A stretch of 64,000 bases of DNA from Laetmonice hystrix (Eukaryota), in contig OZ249436.1 in the NCBI GenBank assembly GCA_965235115.1, positions 1,180,001 through 1,244,000 of the forward strand, written 5' to 3'. The notes under the pieces were generated by a model. It saw only the letters and a list, made by a program, of their open reading frames with translations, did no database searches and had not been told where the DNA came from. The position numbers and the translations under genes are program-made. Positions within the stretch are counted from its first letter, which is position 1, and each line of letters starts with the position of its first letter. This document shows, one piece after another, positions 51,025-62,600 of the stretch.

Positions 51025-54000
51025 ACCCACTCGGTCTACCTGCTTGGTCGTGTTTATACCCACTCGGTCTACCTGCTTGGTCGTGTTTATACCCACTCGG
51101 TCTACCTGCTTGGTCGTGTTTCACTCGGTCTACCTGCTTGGTCGTGTTTATACCCACTCGGTCTACCTGCTTGGTCGTGTTTATACCCACTCGGTCTACC
51201 TGCTTGGTCGTGTTTATACCCACTCGGTCTACCTGCTTGGTCGTGTTTCACTCGGTCTACCTGCTTGGTCGTGTTTATACCCACTCGGTCTACCTGCTTG
51301 GTCGTGTTTATACCCACTCGGTCTACCTGCTTGGTCGTGTTTATACCCACTCGGTCTACCTGCTTGGTCGTGTTTATACCCACTCGGTCTACCTGCTTGG
51401 TCGTGTTTATACCCACTCGGTCTACCTGCTTGGTCGTGTTTATACCCACTCGGTCTACCTGCTTGGTCGTGTTTATACCCACTCGGTCTACCTGCTTGGT
51501 CGTGTTTATACCCACTCGGTCTACCTGCTTGGTCGTGTTTATACCCACTCGGTCTACCTGCTTGGTCGTGTTTATACCCACTCGGTCTACCTGCTTGGTC
51601 GTGTTTATACCCACTCGGTCTACCTGCTTGGTCGTGTTTCACTCGGTCTACCTGCTTGGTCGTGTTTATACCCACTCGGTCTACCTGCTTGGTCGTGTTT
51701 ATACCCACTCGGTCTACCTGCTTGGTCGTGTTTATACCCACTCGGTCTACCTGCTTGGTCGTGTTTATACCCACTCGGTCTACCTGCTTGGTCGTGTTTA
51801 TACCCACTCGGTCTACCTGCTTGGTCGTGTTTATACCCACTCGGTCTACCTGCTTGGTCGTGTTTATACCCACTCGGTCTACCTGCTTGGTCGTGTTTAT
51901 ACCCACTCGGTCTACCTGCTTGGTCGTGTTTATACCCACTCGGTCTACCTGCTTGGTCGTGTTTATACCCTCCCGGTCTACCTGCTTGGTCGTGTTTATA
52001 CCCACTCGGTCTACCTGCTTGGTCGTGTTTCACTCGGTCTACCTGCTTGGTCGTGTTTATACCCACTCGGTCTACCTGCTTGGTCGTGTTTCACTCGGTC
52101 TACCTGCTTGGTCGTGTTTATACCCACTCGGTCTACCTGCTTGGTCGTGTTTATACCCACTCGGTCTACCTGCTTGGTCGTGTTTATACCCACTCGGTCT
52201 ACCTGCTTGGTCGTGTTTATACCCACTCGGTCTACCTGCTTGGTCGTGTTTCACTCGGTCTACCTGCTTGGTCGTGTTTATACCCACTCGGTCTACCTGC
52301 TTGGTCGTGTTTATACCCACTCGGTCTACCTGCTTGGTCGTGTTTATACCCACTCGGTCTACCTGCTTGGTCGTGTTTATACCCACTCGGTCTACCTGCT
52401 TGGTCGTGTTTATACCCACTCGGTCTACCTGCTTGGTCGTGTTTATACCCACTCGGTCTACCTGCTTGGTCGTGTTTATACCCACTCGGTCTACCTGCTT
52501 GGTCGTGTTTATACCCACTCGGTCTACCTGCTTGGTCGTGTTTATACCCACTCGGTCTACCTGCTTGGTCGTGTTTATACCCACTCGGTCTACCTGCTTG
52601 GTCGTGTTTATACCCACTCGGTCTACCTGCTTGGTCGCGTTTATACCCACTCGGTCTACCTGCTTGGTCGTGTTTATACCCACTCGGTCTACCTGCTTGG
52701 TCGTGTTTCACTCGGTCTACCTGCTTGGTCGTGTTTCACTCGGTCTACCTGCTTGGTCGTGTTTATACCCACTCGGTCTACCTGCTTGGTCGTGTTTATA
52801 CCCACTCGGTCTACCTGCTTGGTCGTGTTTATACCCACTCGGTCTACCTGCTTGGTCGTGTTTATACCCACTCGGTCTACCTGCTTGGTCGTGTTTATAC
52901 CCACTCGGTCTACCTGCTTGGTCGTGTTTATACCCACTCGGTCTACCTGCTTGGTCGTGTTTATACCCTCCCGGTCTACCTGCTTGGTCGTGTTTATACC
53001 CACTCGGTCTACCTGCTTGGTCGTGTTTCACTCGGTCTACCTGCTTGGTCGTGTTTATACCCACTCGGTCTACCTGCTTGGTCGTGTTTCACTCGGTCTA
53101 CCTGCTTGGTCGTGTTTATACCCACTCGGTCTACCTGCTTGGTCGTGTTTATACCCTCCCGGTCTACCTGCTTGGTCGCGTTTATACCCACTCGGTCTAC
53201 CTGCTTGGTCGTGTTTATACCCACTCGGTCTACCTGCTTGGTCGTGTTTCACTCGGTCTACCTGCTTGGTCGTGTTTATACCCACTCGGTCTACCTGCTT
53301 GGTCGTGTTTATACCCACTCGGTCTACCTGCTTGGTCGTGTTTATACCCACTCGGTCTACCTGCTTGGTCGTGTTTATACCCACCCGGTCTACCTGCTTG
53401 GTCGTGTTTATACCCTCCCAGTCTACCTGCTTGGTCGTGTTTCACTCGGTCTACCTGCTTGGTCGTGTTTATACCCTCCCGGTCTACCTGCTTGGTCGTG
53501 TTTATACCCACTCGGTCTACCTGCTTGGTCGTGTTTATACCCACTCGGTCTACCTGCTTGGTCGCGTTTATACCCACTCGGTCTACCTGCTTGGTCGTGT
53601 TTATACCCTCCCGGTCTACCTGCTTGGTCGTGTTTATACCCACTCGGTCTACCTGCTTGGTCGTGTTTATACCCACTCGGTCTACCTGCTTGGTCGTGTT
53701 TATACCCTCCCGGTCTACCTGCTTGGTCGTGTTTATACCCACTCGGTCTACCTGCTTGGTCGTGTTTATACCCACTCGGTCTACCTGCTTGGTCGTGTTT
53801 ATACCCACTCGGTCTACCTGCTTGGTCGTGTTTATACCCACTCGGTCTACCTGCTTGGTCGTGTTTATACCCTCCCGGTCTACCTGCTTGGTCGTGTTTA
53901 TACCCACCCGGTCTACCTGCTTGGTCGTGTTTATACCCACTCGGTCTACCTGCTTGGTCGGTTTATACCCACTCGGTCTACCTGCATGGTCGTGTTTATA

Positions 54001-54758
54001 CCCACCCGGTCTACCTGCTTGGTCGTGTTTATACCCACTCGGTCTACCTGCTTGGTCGTGTTTATACCCACTCGGTCTGCCTGCTTGGTCGCGTTTCACT
54101 CGGTCTACCTGCTTGGTCGTGTTTATACCCACCCGGTCTACCTGCTTGGTCGTGTTTATACCCACTCGGTCTACCTGCTTGGTCGTGTTTATACCCTCCC
54201 GGTCTACCTGCTTGGTCGTGTTTATACCCACTCGGTCTACCTGCTTGGTCGTGTTTATACCCACTCGGTCTACCTGCTTGGTCGTGTTTATACCCACTCG
54301 GTCTACCTGCTTGGTCGTGTTTATACCCACTCGGTCTACCTGCTTGGTCGTGTTTATACCCTCCCGGTCTACCTGCTTGGTCGTGTTTATACCCACTCGG
54401 TCTACCTGCTTGGTCGTGTTTATACCCACCCGGTCTACCTGCTTGGTCGTGTTTATACCCACTCGGTCTACCTGCTTGGTCGGTTTATACCCACTCGGTC
54501 TACCTGCATGGTCGTGTTTATACCCACCCGGTCTACCTGCTTGGTCGTGTTTATACCCACTCGGTCTACCTGCTTGGTCGTGTTTATACCCACTCGGTCT
54601 ACCTGCTTGGTCGTGTTTATACCCTCCCGGTCTACCTGCTTGGTCGTGTTTATACCCACTCGGTCTACCTGCTTGGTCGTGTTTATACCCACTCGGTCTG
54701 CCTGCTTGGTCGTGTTTCACTCGGTCTACCTGCTTGGTCGTGTTTATACCCACTCGGT
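51025..54758. repeat. 33-bp minisatellite array (~115 units) with a recurrent 28-bp variant
   Basis: Unit ACCCACTCGGTCTACCTGCTTGGTCGTGTTTAT; the variant lacks ATACC; no stop in any + frame, hence three ~1200-aa spurious ORFs. Confidence 0.99.
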
Positions 54759-54847
54759 TGTCTTCTCTCGATCTCTTTTCCGTCAATTCTGCCTCAACAG
54801 CGCGAGACCTAGAGCTGAGAACTGAGATATATCGGAGGTCAACGGGA

Positions 54848-54902
54848 GTACAGCTGACACAAGTACAGCTGACACAAGTACAGCTGACACAAGTACAGCT
54901 GA
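54848..54902. repeat. 15-bp tandem repeat (~3.7 units)
   Basis: GTACAGCTGACACAA. Confidence 0.9.
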
Positions 54903-56854
54903 GACACGCTCCCATCTATTGAAGAAGTGAACAAAAGTAAAAGCTAAGTGCTTTGAGAAACTTTCTCATTCCGTCACAATTTCTAGATGCCAGACGCCAG
55001 GAAATAGCGGTTTTTCCCCTTCTAAATAATTGAAACGTCTGGGGGAGGTGCCCAGACCCTCCCCGACAGATGTTCGCCTGTTTGGCTCTCGAGGGCCTCC
55101 CCTCCCCCCTTCCCAGTGCTGTATCCGCGCATGTTCTGTAAGTGCCCATGGAGAAGACCCTGAACGCCAGCCTTCAAGAAATCCTGGATCCGCGCCTGCA
55201 CAACACCAAATCTCGTTTTTGCCTTCATAAAGGATCCCGGCGTATCTATAAGTCTGTACGAAAGCAATGGTTGCAACCCTCTTTTCTATGTTTCTGCTTG
55301 AAAGGTTCAAACTAAACATACACCCCCCCCCATTTGCGACCAACCCCCCCCTCCCTTGCCACCGACCCCCCCCCCCTTGCCACCGACAGCCCCCCCCCCC
55401 CGGCCGCCCTATAGAAAGGCTTACCGAAGTACAAAATGGCTCCGATGAAGGATGGAGGATGTGGGGATGAAGAAGTAGAGTACGCTGTATTCGGCAGATG
55501 TAGACGTACACCAGTCATTGTGTTATATATTCACAAGGAATTCACAAAGAAAACTCATATTACTGTGTGACTGTATTACATGATGCCTCGTCTATACGTA
55601 ACGCATTTTACAGCAACTTGAACCGTTCAATCCCGCTAGCAGGACAGTGTTTCGGGAAGACGCAATCTCTAATCTTGAGGATTTATTAACAAAACAATAA
55701 TACTACGATCATCCTCCTGGGTTTCTGTAACTGAAGTGACAAGTAAGGATAAACAGCATGTGATCCTCTGAGCTCAGCGTGTTTGTACGAAGCCATCAGT
55801 CATCATGGCCCTACAATGGCTTCCCCCAAGTAAACCATGCAGTAATTACCGATTAAATCCAACTGTCCGCACGGATAAGCGGAAGTACACAAAAACCTGA
55901 GTAATTTAGAATTCTCTCTGTCTAGAAATAACGCTGAAGGGTGAAATAATTGATAAATGACATTTGAAATGTATTTGATTGAACGAAGACGGTACTAAGA
56001 GATTAGACGTAGCTCATTCTGACCCTGTCAAGTGAATTTTTTACATGGACTCTTACACACTCTGCAAACATGCTGAATGCTGGTTAATGTGTAACTTTAC
56101 GATATCAATCTCATCTTATCAAGGCATAAAGCGTGTCCGCTGATCCTGCTGGACGTGTGATATTTTCTTCTCTTACCGAGGTGAAGTCATAAAGGTTCAT
56201 GGGTGACGATGTCTGCTCTCATCAGTCCTCATCGCAAAGATCACCCCGCCAAATACCGTCCTTGCCTTCATGATGTCAGAAAGAACGAGCAGTCTGCGTG
56301 GAGGGTTCCACTATTGAGGCAGACATAACGTGAAGAGATACGGTCATCCCTGATTCACAATCAGTCTGGTGCCATTAGAACTCTGGACACCGATGTAGGC
56401 CTATTCAGAGCATTCAGACCTGTAATGTTAGATTACCGGTTGGTTGAGCCAAGCACATTGCCTGCACAAACTGCAATTGATTGCAGTGGCCAAGTAAATA
56501 ATGATGTGTTTTGTGAGGTAACTGTACTGTTAAATAAAACGGGGGTGGATGTACCAGTAGATGGCAAAACAAGGTTACTAAACAGTGGAGCATTTGTGTA
56601 CGTTTTAAGGACTTCATTTATTACTAAACTAAGTTTTAGTCGGTAATTGTTATTTTTAAATACCGTATATCAAATTTCGTTTGTAAATAACAGTTTTTAT
56701 AGATTCCATATTGATTAATTTGTGGAGCTCATATTATTACTTTCCAATAGATTTGAAATTAAATGAAATTAAACTCCTTCGTGTACTGGTTTAGAGACAA
56801 TAATCTCAACTGTTCCAGGACGAATGGGAAGATGAATGCGGGCTACTAAATCGT

Positions 56855-56958
56855 AACTCGTAATAACTTAGTGACGTCATTAAGTGGTAATAACGAGTTA
56901 ATGACGTCACTAAGTCGTTATTACGAGTTAATTACCACAATTTTTTTTCTCTGAAACG
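56855..56958. repeat. Hairpin-forming dispersed repeat fragment related to 18035-18261
   Basis: TAACTCGTAATAACTTAGTGACGTCATTAA ... TTAATGACGTCACTAAGTCGTTATTACGAGTTA inverted arms, followed by ACCACAATTTTTTTTCTCTGAAAC. Confidence 0.7.
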
Positions 56959-57094
56959 AAGAGAGACGAGAGGGCTGAGGGCGGGATGCGGCGGAAACCA
57001 CAGACATGTCTAGGGCGGAAAGTTAAACCTACTCTGTATAACTTTACGCCATGGCCTTCTGTAGAAGAGATTTATTGGCTGTGGCATGCATTTG

Positions 57095-57368
57095 CAGTGG
57101 GGGACGCTCGGCATGATTTTATTGTGTTATGGCCATTTTGGCCCCCTTTTGGTCTATTTCAATGCTGCATGGCCCAGAGTTATATTGCTACTGGATGACT
57201 GAGGAGACCCTTTTGGGCCCGATGTTACTATCACATGCAATATAGGAGGCTTTTATTAAAGAATCCTGGTTTCAGGGTCCGAATAATGCATCTTCTTAAA
57301 AAAAGGGGGAATGAAAGTTTATGGGGGGGGGGGGGGCGGGCCCTCTGGGCCTCCTGGATCCCCCAGTG
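57095..57368. mobile_element. ~270-bp CAG-terminated MITE, copy 2 (6-bp TSD CATTTG)
   Basis: CATTTG|CAGTGGGGGA ... TCCCCCAGTG|CATTTG; interior homologous to 33680-33949. Confidence 0.85.
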
Positions 57369-58022
57369 CATTTGTGGTACAGGGCTTCGCCTGCATCCTC
57401 CGCCCATGTCTATAATATGGCGCCAAGTTAGAATAAAACGGTGGGCGCCGAAAGTCTTCTTTTGCTGCATACGGAGTGACCAGATATCTGCCAGCCCGAT
57501 GTCACCAGGAAGAATTTATATTTAAGGTCGCTTTACACTTTACAGTGTGCCTTTAACGATACTGGAAAGCGTCCTAATTTTAAACTGACATTTCTCCCAG
57601 AAGCCATGGGGTGTTCCTTAATGCATTCCTGACACCATTTTACCTCAGTAAGTTTATTGGCCCGTGATAGTCACACATTCACAGGCTGCCAGGTCTAATG
57701 GCATTTCATTCACTAAATCACAGAATCGGTTGCGCAGTGAATGATGGGAGTTTATTGCCTCAGCTCAACGAAAACGGGGCAGCTTAAATATTACTGGTCG
57801 CGTTAAATATTCCCGACAGAATCTGCCCCGAAACGCAACAAAGAATTTCTAGATGGTAACACAGCGAAATCCATGGTTGTTATTGGTGACAACATTATGG
57901 CAGCATAACCTAGACTGGCTAACCTAAACAATTAAGACATGACGTCATACATTGTCATAAAATCCCCCTCCCTAGGCCATGACGTCATTTATAAACGATC
58001 TCTAGTCCGCTTAGAATGAAAA

Positions 58023-58280
58023 GTGCACATAGAAACACTCCCATAGGAAATAGGCAGAAACGATCGAATCGGAAACGGAAACGGAAACGTGCACATAGAA
58101 ACACTCCCATAGGAAATAGGCAGAAACGATCGAATCGGAAACGGAAACGTGCACATGGAAACACTCCCATAGGAAATAGGCAGAAACGATCGAATCGGAA
58201 ACGGAAACGGAAACGTGCACATAGAAACACTCCCATAGGAAATAGGCAAAAACGATCGAATCGGATACGGAAACCCGGCT
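58023..58280. repeat. 60/66-bp tandem repeat (4 units) ending at a Harbinger-like terminus
   Basis: GTGCACATAGAAACACTCCCATAGGAAATAGGCAGAAACGATCGAATC(GGAAAC)2-3; the array ends GGAAACCCGGCT|TAA. Confidence 0.9.
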
Positions 58281-58903
58281 TAAGACACACGATGATAGTG
58301 ATGGGTAGGAACTGGCTTATTTTTTATGCTAAGACGCTCCCCTAATTTACAAGAGACTAGCCGAGGGTATACACCCATAGGCCTACTCAATTTGGTGACA
58401 ACGGGAACCCCGTATTGGATATGAAGCTATAGTTAGCCGACATCGACGTTCGTGCCAGAACTAGAGATGCTACTATTGTGACGTCCCCTTCTGTCTGACT
58501 CTACTGTTAGATTCCGAAAAAGATTTGAAATTGATTTTTATTAATGCCTAAGACAAGGATTCGTGATTGCTCAATGACGATTGGAAACGGGTTTCGTGGG
58601 CCGAAAACATTCCAACGTGGAGACATTGTACTTTGTGTTCCCTCACCAGTCACGTAGCCGGAGACTCATTCATAGAAGACCTGTGTAGGCCTCTGTTGAT
58701 TCAGGAACCTAGAAGCTTGTTTAGAATTTCCTTTTTAATTAAAATGGTAATACAATATTTCAGTTGGCCAAGCAATATGGCCTCATTAAATGCACTTATT
58801 GGCCTTCCACCAATTGTGTATTTTCCGCTTCCGTCAGAAATCGGCCGGTGTTCCGGACCTGCAAACCTGTCCATTCACCGCCGATATCTCCATGGTAACG
58901 CCT

Positions 58904-59569
58904 TCATGATGTGATTGTAGCTCCCTTAATGATTTCTTGAAACCTGCCAGAGTAGGGTCCTCTGTAGAAATACAACAAACATATTTACATATAGAATGAG
59001 TCCAAATTCATATTCACAATACAACTATACATACAGAGTAGATATACAAAGCAACCTTAAAACAAGGTAAGCCACCACCATTTTTCACACTCAATTTTCT
59101 AAAATTGTATTATTTCTGTTACTTACAGGATAATTACGACTCCCCAAATTGTATATTTCCACCTCGTGTCCTCAATCGTATACCCCGATTACAATTCGGG
59201 TTACAAAATAAACTGGGTGTGGTTAAAATAGAGAATCAATAACAAAATCTATCCGATTTCATTAGTAAGGTGTTCAATTGTTTTTTTATTACTTTCTACA
59301 CACTTTATTGTCAACTAAATCGATCTGGCTCTTAATCTCGGCACCAGCAAAAGGAAAACGAGAGACAATGAAGGAGATTATTCAAACGCTACCATAATGA
59401 CCGGATAGAAATGAGGAGAAAAGAATAAAACTTCTGGGAAATTACCTCATATTCTCTTCTTGCCGTCTTAAACTAATTGGAATGATTTTAGACGCCCGCC
59501 CAAAACAACCCCCTAATTTCATCCCTGAGAGTGTTTTCAGGCTGAAGTGTCGATCTGTCTTTTCTAAAT
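58904..59569 (-). other. Candidate spliced exons of an unidentified minus-strand transcript (59569-59446, 59212-59127, 58961-?)
   Basis: Acceptors TGTTATTTTTAG, CTATTTTAACCACACCCAG and TTGTTGTATTTCTACAG; donors GAG|GTAATT and CCT|GTAAGT. The first exon is open in one frame. No recognisable protein family. Confidence 0.3.
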
Positions 59570-59629
59570 CTAAAAATAACATCAAAGATGTGTGACCTGT
59601 CATCAGCCAGCAGTCAGATCTTCAGCCTT

Positions 59630-62600
59630 CCAAGATCAGGTCTAAGGAGGACAGAGAAAGGCTACCATCCACCAAGATCAGGTCTAAGGAGGACAGAGAA
59701 AGGCTACCATCCACCAAGATCAGGTCTAAGGACAGAGAAAGGCTACCATCCACCAAGATCAGGTCTAAGGAGGGCAGAGAAAGGCTACCATCCACCAAGA
59801 TCACGTCTAAGGAGGACAGAGAAAGGCTACCATCCACCAAGATCAGGTCTAAGGAGGACAGAGAAAGGCTACCATCCACCAAGATCAGGTCTAAGGAGGA
59901 CAGAGAAAGGCTACCATCCACCAAGATCAGGTCTAAGGAGGGCAGAGAAAGGCTACCATCCACCAAGATCAGGTCTAAGGAGGGCAGAGAAAGGCTACCA
60001 TCCACCAAGATCAGGTCTAAGGAGGGCAGAGAAAGGCTACCATCCACCAAGATCAGGTCTAAGGAGGGCAGAGAAAGGCTACCATCCACCAAGATCAGGT
60101 CTAAGGAGGGCAGAGAAAGGCTACCATCCACCAAGATCAGGTCTAAGGGCAGAGAAAGGCTACCATCCACCAAGATCAGGTCTAAAGAGGGCAGAGAAAG
60201 GCTACCATCCACCAAGATCAGGTCTAAGGAGGGCAGAGAAAGGCTACCATCCACCAAGATCAGGTCTAAGGAGGACAGAGAAAGGCTACCATCCACCAAG
60301 ATCAGGTCTAAGGACAGAGAAAGGCTACCATCCACCAAGATCAGGTCTAAGGAGGGCAGAGAAAGGCTACCATCCACCAAGATCAGGTCTAAGGAGGACA
60401 GAGAAAGGCTACCATCCACCAAGATCAGGTCTAAGGAGGGCAGAGAAAGGCTACCATCCACCAAGATCAGGTCTAAAGAGGGCAGAGAAAGGCTACCATC
60501 CACCAAGATCAGGTCTAGGAGGGCAGAGAAAGGCTACCATCCACCAAGATCAGGTCTAAGGACAGAGAAAGGCTACCATCCACCAAGATCAGGTCTAGGA
60601 GGGCAGAGAAAGGCTACCATCCACCAAGATCAGGTCTAAGGAGGGCAGAGAAAGGCTACCATCCACCAAGATCAGGTCTAAGGAGGGCAGAGAAAGGCTA
60701 CCATCCACCAAGATCAGGTCTAGGAGGGCAGAGAAAGGCTACCATCCACCAAGATCAGGTCTAAGGAGGGCAGAGAAAGGCTACCATCCACCAAGATCAG
60801 GTCTAAGGAGGGCAGAGAAAGGCTACCATCCACCAAGATCAGGTCTAAGGAGGGCAGAGAAAGGCTACCATCCACCAAGATCAGGTCTAGGAGGACAGAG
60901 AAAGGCTACCATCCACCAAGATCAGGTCTAAGGAGGGCAGAGAAAGGCTACCATCCACCAAGATCAGGTCTAAGGAAGGCAGAGAAAGGCTGCCATCCAC
61001 CAAGATCAGGTCTAAGGAAGGCAGAGAAAGGCTACCATCCACCAAGATCAGGTCTAAGGAGGGCAGAGAAAGGCTACCATCCACCAAGATCAGGTCTAAG
61101 GAGGGCAGAGAAAGGCTACCATCCACCAAGATCAGGTCTAGGAGGGCAGAGAAAGGCTACCATCCACCAAGATCAGGTCTAAGGACAGAGAAAGGCTACC
61201 ATCCACCAAGATCAGGTCTAGGAGGGCAGAGAAAGGCTACCATCCACCAAGATCAGGTCTAAGGAGGGCAGAGAAAGGCTACCATCCACCAAGATCAGGT
61301 CTAAGGAGGGCAGAGAAAGGCTACCATCCACCAAGATCAGGTCTAGGAGGGCAGAGAAAGGCTACCATCCACCAAGATCAGGTCTAAGGAGGACAGAGAA
61401 AGGCTACCATCCACCAAGATCAGGTCTAAGGAGGGCAGAGAAAGGCTACCATCCACCAAGATCAGGTCTAAGGAGGACAGAGAAAGGCTACCATCCACCA
61501 AGATCAGGTCTAAGGACAGAGAAAGGCTACCATCCACCAAGATCAGGTCTAAGGAGGACAGAGAAAGGCTACCATCCACCAAGATCAGGTCTAAGGAGGA
61601 CAGAGAAAGGCTACCATCCACCAAGATCAGGTCTAAGGAGGGCAGAGAAAGGCTACCATCCACCAAGATCAGGTCTAGGAGGACAGAGAAAGGCTACCAT
61701 CCACCAAGATCAGGTCTAAGGAGGACAGAGAAAGGCTACCATCCACCAAGATCAGGTCTAAGGAGGGCAGAGAAAGGCTACCATCCACCAAGATCAGGTC
61801 TAGGAGGACAGAGAAAGGCTACCATCCACCAAGATCAGGTCTAGGAGGGCAGAGAAAGGCTACCATCCACCAAGATCAGGTCTAAGGAGGACAGAGAAAG
61901 GCTACCATCCACCAAGATCAGGTCTAAAGAGGGCAGAGAAAGGCTACCATCCACCAAGATCAGGTCTAAAGAGGACAGAGAAAGGCTACCATCCACCAAG
62001 ATCAGGTCTAAAGAGGGCAGAGAAAGGCTACCATCCACCAAGATCAGGTCTAAGGAGGGCAGAGAAAGGCTACCATCCACCAAGATCAGGTCTAAGGACA
62101 GAGAAAGGCTACCATCCACCAAGATCAGGTCTAAAGAGGGCAGAGAAAGGCTACCATCCACCAAGATCAGGTCTAAGGAGGGCAGAGAAAGGCTACCATC
62201 CACCAAGATCAGGTCTAGGAGGGCAGAGAAAGGCTACCATCCACCAAGATCAGGTCTAAGAAGGACAGAGAAAGGCTACCATCCACCAAGATCAGGTCTA
62301 AGGAAGGAAGAGAAAGGCTACCATCCACCAAGATCAGGTCTAAGGAGGACAGAGAAAGGCTACCATCCACCAAGATCAGGTCTAAGGAGGACAGAGAACG
62401 GCTACCATCCACCAAGATCAGGTCTAAGGAAGGCAGAGAAAGGCTACCATCCACCAAGATCAGGTCTAAGGACAGAGAAAGGCTACCATCCACCAAGATC
62501 AGGTCTAAAGAGGGCAGAGAAAGGCTACCATCCACCAAGATCAGGTCTAAGGAGGGCAGAGAAAGGCTACCATCCACCAAGATCAGGTCTAGGAGGACAG

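Noticed and set aside
50964..54922. Three ~1200-aa + strand ORFs
   Set aside because: The 33-bp unit has no stop in any + frame, and 5-bp deletions shuffle frames freely.
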